From Mycolicibacterium smegmatis (GTDB lineage Bacteria; Actinomycetota; Actinomycetes; Mycobacteriales; Mycobacteriaceae): a stretch of DNA of 32,000 nt. The stretch spans positions 1,500,001 to 1,532,000 of the forward strand of contig NZ_LN831039.1 of the NCBI RefSeq assembly GCF_001457595.1, written 5' to 3'. The first letter of the stretch is position 1; every line of letters begins with the position of its first letter. Shown one piece after another: positions 17,846 to 25,566 of the stretch. A program made the translations under genes and the position numbers. A model generated the notes under the pieces. That model was given only the letters and a program-made list of their open reading frames with translations. It was not told where the DNA came from and did no database searches.

Positions 17846-17904
17846 CGCGAGTTCACTCGCGAAGAACTGCCCCTCTTCTTCGGAAGAGGGGCAGTTCTTC
17901 TTTT
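17846..17904 (+). terminator. Intrinsic terminator of rplA: a small hairpin followed by a perfect 18-bp stem, tetraloop and T-tract
   Basis: CGCGAG-TTCA-CTCGCG (17846..17861), then GAAGAACTGCCCCTCTTC-TTCG-GAAGAGGGGCAGTTCTTC (17861..17900) followed by TTTT. It lies 7 nt from the stop of the convergent sigma gene. Confidence 0.85.
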
Positions 17905-17910
17905 GGGCGG

Positions 17911-19140
17911 TCAGTTTGCCGCCGTTGCGGATTCACATTCGGCGAGCCGACGACGCAGGAACGCCGCGGCCGGTTCGTTGATCGCGTGGTGCTCCAGAGC
18001 GACGCCATACCAGTGGATTGCCTCGCCGGTGCGCCCGGCGCGACGCAACAGATCCGCGCGTATCACCGCGACGGTGTTGCTCCTGGCGAGCAGAGGATCG
18101 TCGGCGACCTCGTCGAGCGCCGCCAGGCCCGCCGCGTGACCGTCGCGAAAGCCGATGGCCAGCACACGATTTGCGCGGACGACGGGGGAGTCGGCCTGCT
18201 GCAGCGGACGGTCGTAGGCCAGGCAGATCGTGGACCAGTCGGTGGCCTGCCAGCCGGGTGCGGTGGCGTGCACGGCCGCGATCACGGCCTGCGGCAGATA
18301 GGCACCCGTCGCACCCTCGGCGAGGCGCAGCTGATCCAGACCGCGCGCGATCCGGCCGCGATCCCACCGGGTACGGTCCTGCTCGTCGAGCGGGATGAGG
18401 GCGCCGGTGTGGTCGGTGCGGGTGCTCCGTCGCGAATCGTGAAGCAGCACAAGCGCTGACAACGCATGCGCGTCGCGGTCGTCGGGCAGCAGCGCGCACA
18501 GTTCTGCGGCCAGGCGCACACCCTCGTCGCACAGTTCATCGCGGATCGCCGACGGGCCCGCCGTGGACCAGTAGCCCTCGGTGAACACCGAATAGATGCA
18601 CGCGAGCACGTGCGGGGTGCGCTCGGGCAGCAGTTCGGCCGGCGGAACGCGCAGCGGGATGTTGGCCTTGCGAATCTTGTTCTTGGCCCGCGTGATCCGC
18701 TGCCGTACCGCGGTCTCCGACTGCAACAGCGCACGCGCGATCTCGGCCGCGGTGAGCCCGGAGATCAGCCGCAGGGTCAGCGCGAGTTGTGAGGCCCGGT
18801 CCAGTGCGGGGTGCGCGCACGTGAACATCATGCGCAGTTGGTCGTCGCGTACCGGGTGCAGCTCGGTGTCGGCGCGTGCTGTCATGTCCTCGTACACCGC
18901 GGCGTATTCCCTTCCGGTGCGCTGGGATTCACGTCGCAGCCGGTCCAGGGCACGGTTGCGGGCGACGGTGGTGAGCCAGGCGCCCGGATTGTCAGGCAGC
19001 CCGTCGGCCCACGCCTGCACGGCGTGCGCACAGGCCTCCTGGACAGCGTCTTCGGCGAGCGCGAGATCACCCGACCAGCGCGCGATCGTCGCGACCGTAG
19101 GCCCCCACTCCCGCCGGAAGACGCTGTCCAGCTCGGCCAT
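17911..19140 (-). CDS. ECF sigma factor with a long C-terminal TPR-like extension (ECF42-type architecture, about 409 aa)
   Basis: ORF 17911..19227, with the start taken at ATG 19140 (MAELDSVFRREWG), 7 nt after the DGPF stop. The sigma2 region is WLTTVARNRALDRLRR and the sigma4 HTH is LTAAEIARALLQSETAVRQRITRAKNKI. About 200 further residues follow. Confidence 0.85.
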   Translation of the reverse strand: MAELDSVFRREWGPTVATIARWSGDLALAEDAVQEACAHAVQAWADGLPDNPGAWLTTVARNRALDRLRRESQRTGREYAAVYEDMTARADTELHPVRDDQLRMMFTCAHPALDRASQLALTLRLISGLTAAEIARALLQSETAVRQRITRAKNKIRKANIPLRVPPAELLPERTPHVLACIYSVFTEGYWSTAGPSAIRDELCDEGVRLAAELCALLPDDRDAHALSALVLLHDSRRSTRTDHTGALIPLDEQDRTRWDRGRIARGLDQLRLAEGATGAYLPQAVIAAVHATAPGWQATDWSTICLAYDRPLQQADSPVVRANRVLAIGFRDGHAAGLAALDEVADDPLLARSNTVAVIRADLLRRAGRTGEAIHWYGVALEHHAINEPAAAFLRRRLAECESATAAN

Positions 19141-19147
19141 CGGCGAC

Positions 19148-19843
19148 CTACAGGCCCGATACACCGGCAAGTTGGCGCAACTCCACGGCCGAGGCCGGCA
19201 ACATCGACGCGAGTTTGACCGCCTCATCGCGGTCCGGGGCGCGCAACACGTAGAAGCCGTTGGCGACCTCGGCGCCTTCGATGTACGGCCCGTCGGTGAT
19301 CATCACCTCGCCGTCGCGCACACGCACCGTGGTGGCGGTCGACGGCGGATGCAACGGCGCCCCGGCGAGCGTCCGGTCACCGATGGTGCTGCTGAGTTCG
19401 ATGTGCCGGCCCGCGAGTTCGTTCCACTCGTCGGTGCCCGGGGTGCGGGTGTTCTCCGGCGGTTCGAGAAGCAGCGCCAGCCAGTCGTTGCCGATGGGCT
19501 GCGTGGGCGCCTGGAAGTGCACGATCGGCCAGATCTCGACGGCGCCGAACGCGGCCACGGGGATCTCACGGGCCAGCGCCAGTGCGTCGTCCAGATTGTC
19601 CGCTTCGAGTACGTAGTAGCCGCACGCGATCTCAGAGGCCTCGGCGAACGGGCCGTCGGTGACCACCGGCGCGTCGGGACCGCCCTCGATACGCACGGCG
19701 CGCGAGCCAGGCGCGAGCGCGTCACCGGCCAGCAGCGCCGAGGCCGCCTTGGCATGGAACGCCTGGAACGCCGCGAATCCCTCGGCGGCCTTCTCGGGCG
19801 TGCGCTGGCTCTCGTTGCTCTTCATCAGGGCGAAGTAGAGCAT
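19148..19843 (-). CDS. Tandem two-domain YCII-related / DGPF protein
   Basis: The 231-aa ORF has two copies of the signature: TDGPFAEASEIACGYYVLEADNLDDA and TDGPYIEGAEVANGFYVLRAPDRDEA. SD GGAGGAG lies upstream. Confidence 0.8.
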   Translation of the reverse strand: MLYFALMKSNESQRTPEKAAEGFAAFQAFHAKAASALLAGDALAPGSRAVRIEGGPDAPVVTDGPFAEASEIACGYYVLEADNLDDALALAREIPVAAFGAVEIWPIVHFQAPTQPIGNDWLALLLEPPENTRTPGTDEWNELAGRHIELSSTIGDRTLAGAPLHPPSTATTVRVRDGEVMITDGPYIEGAEVANGFYVLRAPDRDEAVKLASMLPASAVELRQLAGVSGL

Positions 19844-19869
19844 TGTCGTCGTCTCCTCCGGTCAGGAGC

Positions 19870-19886
19870 GGAACCCTGTCGGTTCC
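19870..19886 (-). promoter_or_regulatory. Perfect palindrome GGAACC-N5-GGTTCC in the predicted 5' leader of the DGPF-sigma operon
   Basis: Read directly from the sequence (GGAACCCTGTCGGTTCC). It lies between the candidate -10 and the SD. Confidence 0.3.
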
Positions 19887-19901
19887 ACTCTCTACCTGTG
19901 C

Positions 19902-19928
19902 GACGAACGGCACCCGCTCAATGCGACA
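19902..19928 (-). promoter_or_regulatory. Candidate ECF42-type promoter (-35 TGTCGC, 17-nt spacer, -10 CGTC)
   Basis: The minus strand reads GTTGTCGCATTGAGCGGGTGCCGTTCGTCGCAC. As I recall it, the published ECF42 target motif is TGTCGA ... CGTC/CGAC upstream of DGPF genes. Confidence 0.4.
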
Positions 19929-19930
19929 AC

Positions 19931-19958
19931 TTTCTCCTGCCGAGTTTCTCCTGCCGAG
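19931..19958. repeat. Perfect 14-bp tandem direct repeat (TTTCTCCTGCCGAG x2)
   Basis: Read directly from the sequence. It lies between the stop of the methyltransferase gene (19968) and the candidate -35. Confidence 0.95.
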
Positions 19959-19967
19959 CAGACAAAT

Positions 19968-20828
19968 TTACTTCTGCAGCGTGAACTGGTGGACGCTGAT
20001 GTGGCCCGAGGCGAAGTACTTCTGGCAGCCGTTGAGGTACTTGTCGTAGCGGTCGTAGACCTCTTGGCCCTGGATCGCGATGGCCTCGTCCTTGTTCGCC
20101 TCGAGCGCGTCGGCCCAGATCTTGAGCGTGCGGACGTAGTGCGGGCCGATCTCCTGCAGCTGGGTGAGCTTGAAGCCGGCCTCGATCGCCTTCTCCTGCT
20201 CCATGACCACTGACGGCAGACGGCCGCCGGGGAAGATCTCGGTCATGATGAAGCGCGCGAACCGGGCGTCCTCGAATGTCATGTGCAGGCCGAGCTTCTG
20301 GCCTTCGCGCAGGTCGAACCCGGTGATGTTGTGCAGCAGCATGACGCCGTCGTCGGGCAGCGCGTTGTAGGCCATGTCGAAGAACGCGGGATAGCGCTCG
20401 AATCCGAAGTGCTCGAAGGCGCCGATCGACACGATGCGGTCGACCTTCTCGTCGAACTCTTCCCAGCCCTGCAGGCGGACCTCGAGCTTGCGGTCGGTGG
20501 GCACCTTGGACAGCTTTTCGATGGCGTATTCACGCTGTTCACCGCTGAGCGTCAGGCCGATGACGTTGACGTCGTACTTCTCGGCCGCGCGGGCCATGCA
20601 GGCGCCCCAGCCGCAACCGATGTCGAGCAGTGTCATGCCGGGTTCCAGGCCGAGCTTGCCGAGCGCGAGGTCGAACTTCGCGATCTGGGCCTCGTCGCCC
20701 GTCATGTCGTCGCGCTCGAAATAACCGCACGTGTAGCCCATGGTGGGGCCCAGGAACAGCTCGTAAAACTCGTTCGAAATGTCGTAGATCGACTGCAGTT
20801 CTTCGTATTTGGGTGTCAATTTAGACAT
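19968..20828 (-). CDS. Mycolic acid cyclopropane synthase-family SAM-dependent methyltransferase (CMAS; MmaA/CmaA/UmaA-like), paralog 1
   Basis: 286-aa ORF. SAM motif LLDIGCGWGA, then VIGLTLS, IVSIGAFEHFG and EIFPGGRLPS. Confidence 0.9.
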   Translation of the reverse strand: MSKLTPKYEELQSIYDISNEFYELFLGPTMGYTCGYFERDDMTGDEAQIAKFDLALGKLGLEPGMTLLDIGCGWGACMARAAEKYDVNVIGLTLSGEQREYAIEKLSKVPTDRKLEVRLQGWEEFDEKVDRIVSIGAFEHFGFERYPAFFDMAYNALPDDGVMLLHNITGFDLREGQKLGLHMTFEDARFARFIMTEIFPGGRLPSVVMEQEKAIEAGFKLTQLQEIGPHYVRTLKIWADALEANKDEAIAIQGQEVYDRYDKYLNGCQKYFASGHISVHQFTLQK

Positions 20829-21020
20829 ATATCGAATTGCTCCAAGCCTCAGTGGTCACCCCGCCGAGTCGCCAGCCTACAGTAGGAACCCGCAGGTGAG
20901 ACTCGACTCGCGTCAGAAAAACCGGGCAAATAAAATTGTCTCGAATGATCAAGAAATATCGATGGTGGGCCTGCAATTATCGTGTCGGGGCAGGTCCCGC
21001 ATAGCGAATCTGAAGAGCCG

Positions 21021-21893
21021 CTACTTCGCCAGGGTGAACTGGTTGACGTCGATATAGCCGACGCGGAACGCGTTGGCGCAACCCGTGAGGTAGTGCATGT
21101 ACCGGTCGTAGACCTCCTGCGACTGGATTCGCACAGCATCGTCGTGGTGGGATTCGAGCGCGGCGGCCCACATGTCCAGCGTGCGGGCGTAATGCAGTTG
21201 CAGCGACTGCCTGCGTTCCAGCGTGAACGACGCGCGGGTCGCGTGGTCGATCACCATGTCGACGGTCGGCAGCCGCCCACCGGGGAAGATCTCGGTGACG
21301 ATGAACCTGATGAACCGCGCCATCTCGAAGGTCAGCGGCACACCCAGCTCCTGCGCGTGCTTCGGGTGGATGCCCGTGATGGTGTGCAACAGCATCACGC
21401 CGTCGTCGGGTAGCACGCGATGCGCGAACCGGAAGAAGTCGTCGTACCGCTCGTGACCGAAATGCTCGAACGCTCCGATCGACACGATGCGGTCCACCGG
21501 TTCGTCGAACTCCTCCCAGCCCGCGAGCAGCACGCGCTTGGTGCGGGGACTGGATGACTCGGAGAAGCGGCGCTCGACGTGCGCCTGCTGATTGCGGCTC
21601 AGTGTCAGCCCGACGACGTTGACGTCATAGCGCTCGAGTGCGCGCAACATCGTTGCACCCCAACCGCATCCGACATCGAGCAGGGTCATCCCCGGCTGCA
21701 GGCCCAGCTTGCCCAGCGACAGGTCGATCTTGGCGAGCTGGGCTTCTTCCAGCGTCATGTCGTCGCGCTCGAAATACGCGCAGCTGTAGGTTCTCGACGG
21801 GTCGAGGAACAGCGCGAAGAAGTCGTCCGACAGGTCGTAATGAGCTTGGACCTCGTCGAAGTGTGGTTGTAGCTTTCCGGGCTGCTTGGTCAC
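21021..21893 (-). CDS. Mycolic acid cyclopropane synthase-family SAM-dependent methyltransferase, paralog 2
   Basis: ORF 21021..21932, with the start probably at GTG 21893 (VTKQPGKLQPHFDEVQAHYDLSDDFF). Motifs LLDVGCGWGA, IVSIGAFEHFG and EIFPGGRLPT. Confidence 0.88.
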   Translation of the reverse strand: MTKQPGKLQPHFDEVQAHYDLSDDFFALFLDPSRTYSCAYFERDDMTLEEAQLAKIDLSLGKLGLQPGMTLLDVGCGWGATMLRALERYDVNVVGLTLSRNQQAHVERRFSESSSPRTKRVLLAGWEEFDEPVDRIVSIGAFEHFGHERYDDFFRFAHRVLPDDGVMLLHTITGIHPKHAQELGVPLTFEMARFIRFIVTEIFPGGRLPTVDMVIDHATRASFTLERRQSLQLHYARTLDMWAAALESHHDDAVRIQSQEVYDRYMHYLTGCANAFRVGYIDVNQFTLAK

Positions 21894-22072
21894 TGACGTG
21901 CACCTCTCGGCGGAGAAACCGGGGGGCAGCATCGAACCCCCATTGGCCCGACCGTCCCCCCAGACTGTTGCACAGCGTAGACCGGGGTACCGCCGGCGGG
22001 CGAGTGCTCAGCGGCGATCCGGTACGGAAACGCGCCGAAAATGTTGCGACAGCAACGAAATCGGGCCGGTGA

Positions 22073-22990
22073 TCAACCCACCACGGCAAAGTTTGTCTTG
22101 AGCTCGCCGATGACCTCGTCCCACACCGGCTCGGGAAGTTCGTGACCCATCCCGTCGATGAGCACCATGCGCGCACCCCGGATCGCATTGGCGATCGCGC
22201 GCCCGCCCGACGGAGGCATCAACCGGTCGGCGCGTCCGTGGATCACCACGGTGGGCGCGGTGACGCGTTCGTTGTGATGACGCAGGCTGCCGCTGCCCAG
22301 GATCGCGGCGAAATGGCGGGCGATGCCTGCGGGGTAGTACGCGCGGTCGTACAGTTCGGCGGCCTCGGCCCGGATCTCCTCTTCGGAGCGCGGGTACGCC
22401 GGGCTGCCGTTGAGCCTGCTGAGTCGAACGGCGTTGTCCAGCACGGCATCTCGCGACGCGTCGGCAGGCGGTCCGGTGATCAGCGACAGCAGCTGTCTGA
22501 TTCCGGGCGGCGGGAGGAGCGCCTGGTTGTTGCTGGAGAAGATCACCCCGAGGGTCTCGGTGCGGGCCGCGTGCTGCGACGCGAACACCTGGGCGATCAT
22601 GCCGCCCATGGACCCACCGACGATGTGCGCGCGGTCGATCTCCAAGTGGTCGAGCAGGGCCGCAGCGTCGTCGGCCATGTCCTCGAGCGTGTACACCGCG
22701 GGGCTGCGCTTACCGAGGAACGAGCGCGCCATCCGCAGGGCGAGCGGCGAATCGACACGCTGCCCCGACAGTTTCGTCGACAGGCCGACGTCGCGGTTGT
22801 CGAACCGGATGACGCGCAACCCCTGATCGACGAGTTTCTCGCAGAACTCGGTACGCCACATCAGCATCTGCGCACCCAGACCCATGATCAACAGGACCGC
22901 AGGATCGCCGGGATCACCCATGTCCTCGTAGAAGAGGTCGATCGGGTGGTCGGCGTCGCCGGCGCGCGCGAGCCCGGTGCGGGTCTGCAT
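22073..22990 (-). CDS. lipG: Alpha/beta hydrolase (LipG/Rv0646c-like)
   Basis: ORF 22073..23146, with the start taken at ATG 22990 (MQTRTGLARAG). Motifs LLIMGLG, nucleophile elbow GGSMGG and a C-terminal GMGHE. The start overlaps the stop of the upstream kinase (TGATG). Confidence 0.8.
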   Translation of the reverse strand: MQTRTGLARAGDADHPIDLFYEDMGDPGDPAVLLIMGLGAQMLMWRTEFCEKLVDQGLRVIRFDNRDVGLSTKLSGQRVDSPLALRMARSFLGKRSPAVYTLEDMADDAAALLDHLEIDRAHIVGGSMGGMIAQVFASQHAARTETLGVIFSSNNQALLPPPGIRQLLSLITGPPADASRDAVLDNAVRLSRLNGSPAYPRSEEEIRAEAAELYDRAYYPAGIARHFAAILGSGSLRHHNERVTAPTVVIHGRADRLMPPSGGRAIANAIRGARMVLIDGMGHELPEPVWDEVIGELKTNFAVVG

Positions 22991-24411
22991 CAGGCCTTGT
23001 CCCCGCTGGGCGCCTGCGTCTCGGTTCCGGTCTCGGGGATGTCTGGGATCTCGTCGACGTCGTCGATCTCCTTGTGCTCCCGGCTCACCTCGACCATGAA
23101 GTTGGCGAAGTAACCGGTGAGCTGCGGATCGCTCATCATCTGCCACTTGGGCGCGAGCAACTTCATGTAGCGCTCGACGTAGAGGAACTGCTTGCCGATC
23201 AGCACGAGCTCGCGGGGCAGCTTGACGTCGTAGGCGTCGGCCAGGGCCGAGAGCTGCCTGCCGATCTCGGCGTAGGACATGTCGCCGAGCGACTTCATGG
23301 TCAGCGGCGTGGCGAACGCCTCGAGGTCCTTGGCGGCCTGGCCCTCGGGTTTGACGGTGCCGACCGCGCCCATCAGCACCACGATCTTGCCCGCCGCGGC
23401 GTGGTCCTTCTTGACCAGCAGGGCGTGCACCAGTTCACGCAGCAGCCAGCGCGTGCGCGGATCGATGCGGCCCATGATGCCGAAGTCGAAGAACACGATC
23501 TTGCCGTCGTCGTCGACGTAGAGGTTGCCCGCGTGCAGGTCGCCGTGGAACAGGCCGTGCCGCAGGCCGCCCTCGAACACGCTGAACAGCAGGGCCTTGA
23601 CCAGTTCGGTGCCGTCGAAACCCTTCTTGCGGATCGCGGCCACGTCGTCGATGCGCACACCGGTGATGCGTTCCATGGTCAGCACGCGCTCGCTGGTCAG
23701 GTCCCAGTACACCGTGGGGACGCGGATGTTGGCGCCCAGCGGCGAGGCGTGCATGTGCGCCACCCAGGCGTCCATCGACTGGGCCTCGAGCCGGAAGTCG
23801 AGTTCCTCGGCGAGGTTGTCGGCGAAGTCGGCGACGACGTCCTGCGCGCTCAACCGCTGACCCAGCTTGGCGAATTCGACCAGACGTGCCCCGCGCTTGA
23901 GGATCTGCAGGTCGGCGGCCACGCGGCGCCGGATGCCCGGGCGCTGGATCTTGACGACGACCTCCTCGCCGCTGTGCAGCGTGGCGTAGTGGACCTGCGC
24001 GATGGAGGCCGAGGCGAACGGCGTGTCGTCGAACGTCTTGAACAGCTTGTGCGGATCGTCACCGAGTTCCTCGCGGATCAGCTTCTGCACCTCGTCCGGG
24101 TTCGCCGGAGGCACCCGGTCCAGCAGGCCGCGGAACTCGCGGCTCAAAGGTTCGCCGAAGGCGCCGGGGCTCGACGCGATGATCTGCCCGAACTTGACGT
24201 AGGTGGGTCCCAGGTCGGAGAAGGTTTTGGGAACCTGCTTGACGATCTTCTGCTGAAGAGATCCGCGGCCGAAGATGTTGGCCGCGACGCGGGCCCCGGT
24301 GCGGGTGATCTGCCATCCGGTCGCGCCGATGCGCGCGGCCTCGGCCGGGAGCGGCACGCGGTCCAGCCTGGCCACCTCGCGATGCTTGGTTTTCGCCGGC
24401 GTAGTGCTCAT
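22990..24411 (-). CDS. ABC1/UbiB/AarF-family atypical protein kinase (Rv0647c-like)
   Basis: 473-aa ORF. Motifs FVKFGQIIASSP, PFASASIAQVHYATL, VVVKIQRPG and HGDLHAGNLYVDDDGKIVFFDFG. Confidence 0.88.
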   Translation of the reverse strand: MSTTPAKTKHREVARLDRVPLPAEAARIGATGWQITRTGARVAANIFGRGSLQQKIVKQVPKTFSDLGPTYVKFGQIIASSPGAFGEPLSREFRGLLDRVPPANPDEVQKLIREELGDDPHKLFKTFDDTPFASASIAQVHYATLHSGEEVVVKIQRPGIRRRVAADLQILKRGARLVEFAKLGQRLSAQDVVADFADNLAEELDFRLEAQSMDAWVAHMHASPLGANIRVPTVYWDLTSERVLTMERITGVRIDDVAAIRKKGFDGTELVKALLFSVFEGGLRHGLFHGDLHAGNLYVDDDGKIVFFDFGIMGRIDPRTRWLLRELVHALLVKKDHAAAGKIVVLMGAVGTVKPEGQAAKDLEAFATPLTMKSLGDMSYAEIGRQLSALADAYDVKLPRELVLIGKQFLYVERYMKLLAPKWQMMSDPQLTGYFANFMVEVSREHKEIDDVDEIPDIPETGTETQAPSGDKA

Positions 24412-24475
24412 GTTTGCAGTGTCTCAAAGCCCGGGGTGCGGCCAAAAATGCCTGTGCCGCGCATCACACCGCGAT

Positions 24476-25480
24476 TCACACCGATGCGAAGCTCTTCTCG
24501 ACCTCGTCACGGCTCAACATCGGGTCGGTGCCGGGGACGTACGTGGGCCACGTGTGCGGCGCCAGATCGGGGTCGATGCCGTCGGCCACCCGCTCCTGGG
24601 CCTGCTTGAACTCGGGCGTCGGGCCCGTCGTGAACTCCAGTCCGTTGATGATGGACCACACCAGGCTGCGCCGCGCCGTGCGTTCGATGATGTTGGGCGA
24701 CTTGTGCTGAATCAACTCCATGGCCCACCTGGGCATGGTGTCGCGAATGGCCCAGTCGATCGCGGCCTGTGGCATCGGCAGGTTCGCGCCCGTGGCCATC
24801 GACGCGCCGTGGGTCAGCGCAAGGCGCGGCAGGTAGGACTCGAGGCAGTCGAGCGTCTCGGCTTTGGTGGTCGGCAGGTCGGTGCCGCCGAGCGCCTGCC
24901 CGACGCGCACGAATTCACCGTAGTATTTGTCGATCTTCTTGCCGCGCAACGGTTGTGGGTGATACAGCTCGTGGGCCGTCGCGAGACCCCAGACCACCGT
25001 CGCGTAGTTCCAGCGCAGCCAGTCCGGATCGTCGGCGTCATACGCCGCGCCGTCGGGGCGCACGCCCTTGATGGTGTGGTGCATGGCGCGCACGGTCTTG
25101 GCCAGGCGCTCGGCGGTCTCGGTGGATCCGTACGCGGTGCCGATGAAGAACGCGATCGAGTGCCCGAGGCGCACCGCGGCGCCCGCGGGATCGATCTTCG
25201 GGACCGCGACGCCGTTCTCGTCGCGCTCCACCAGGCGCGAGTGGTGCATGCCCATCCAGTAGATGGAGGGGTCGAGCCTTTCCATGTAGGCCGCGCACTG
25301 CAGGCCGAAGATCAGCGCGTGCAGGTGCGAGTGGACGTGCCACACCGCGCTGCCCGGCCCGAACCAGCCCGGGTCCCCCTTGGGTTCGGCGAACTGCATA
25401 CCGCGGAAATAGTTCCTGCGGATGTCCTTGTCGAACTTCTGGTTGAGCCACTGTCCGACGAACTCGTGCGGCATGAACAC
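24476..25480 (-). CDS. DUF2236 / MpaB-type oxygenase family protein
   Basis: 334-aa ORF with the general look of the family (GPGSAVWHVHSH..., HHTIKGVRPDGAAYDADDPDWLRWNYATV). Family assignment is from memory. GTG 25480 has GAGGGAG 7 nt upstream, and ATG 25474 is an alternative start. Confidence 0.6.
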   Translation of the reverse strand: MFMPHEFVGQWLNQKFDKDIRRNYFRGMQFAEPKGDPGWFGPGSAVWHVHSHLHALIFGLQCAAYMERLDPSIYWMGMHHSRLVERDENGVAVPKIDPAGAAVRLGHSIAFFIGTAYGSTETAERLAKTVRAMHHTIKGVRPDGAAYDADDPDWLRWNYATVVWGLATAHELYHPQPLRGKKIDKYYGEFVRVGQALGGTDLPTTKAETLDCLESYLPRLALTHGASMATGANLPMPQAAIDWAIRDTMPRWAMELIQHKSPNIIERTARRSLVWSIINGLEFTTGPTPEFKQAQERVADGIDPDLAPHTWPTYVPGTDPMLSRDEVEKSFASV

Positions 25481-25501
25481 CGGCGTGCTCCCTCATGCAG
25501 A

Positions 25502-25552
25502 TCTGGTCACGGCTGTAACCAACCATACATTTTGGATACGGGTGTGACCAGA
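25502..25552. promoter_or_regulatory. Candidate TetR operator region in the divergent DUF2236/TetR spacer
   Basis: 9-bp perfect inverted repeat TCTGGTCAC (25502..25510) / GTGACCAGA (25544..25552). An 18-bp imperfect palindrome TGGTCACGGCTGTAACCA spans 25504..25521. GCTGTA(A/G)CC is repeated at 25512 and 25558. Confidence 0.35.
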
Positions 25553-25566
25553 CATACGCTGTAGCC

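Noticed and set aside
22043-22056. GTTGC-GACA-GCAAC hairpin followed by ATTTTC on the minus strand, as a lipG terminator
   Set aside because: A 5-bp stem is too weak to call without 3'-end data.
22991-23146. 52-codon N-terminal extension of the lipG-like ORF (track start 23146)
   Set aside because: The extension overlaps the 3' end of the kinase gene in another frame and is Arg/Asp-rich. ATG 22990 gives a normal alpha/beta-hydrolase N-terminus and a TGATG coupling junction.
23074-25564. Plus-strand ORFs 23074..24609 (511 aa) and 24275..25564 (429 aa)
   Set aside because: They are antisense to the ABC1 kinase and DUF2236 genes. They have no motifs and a shadow-frame composition.
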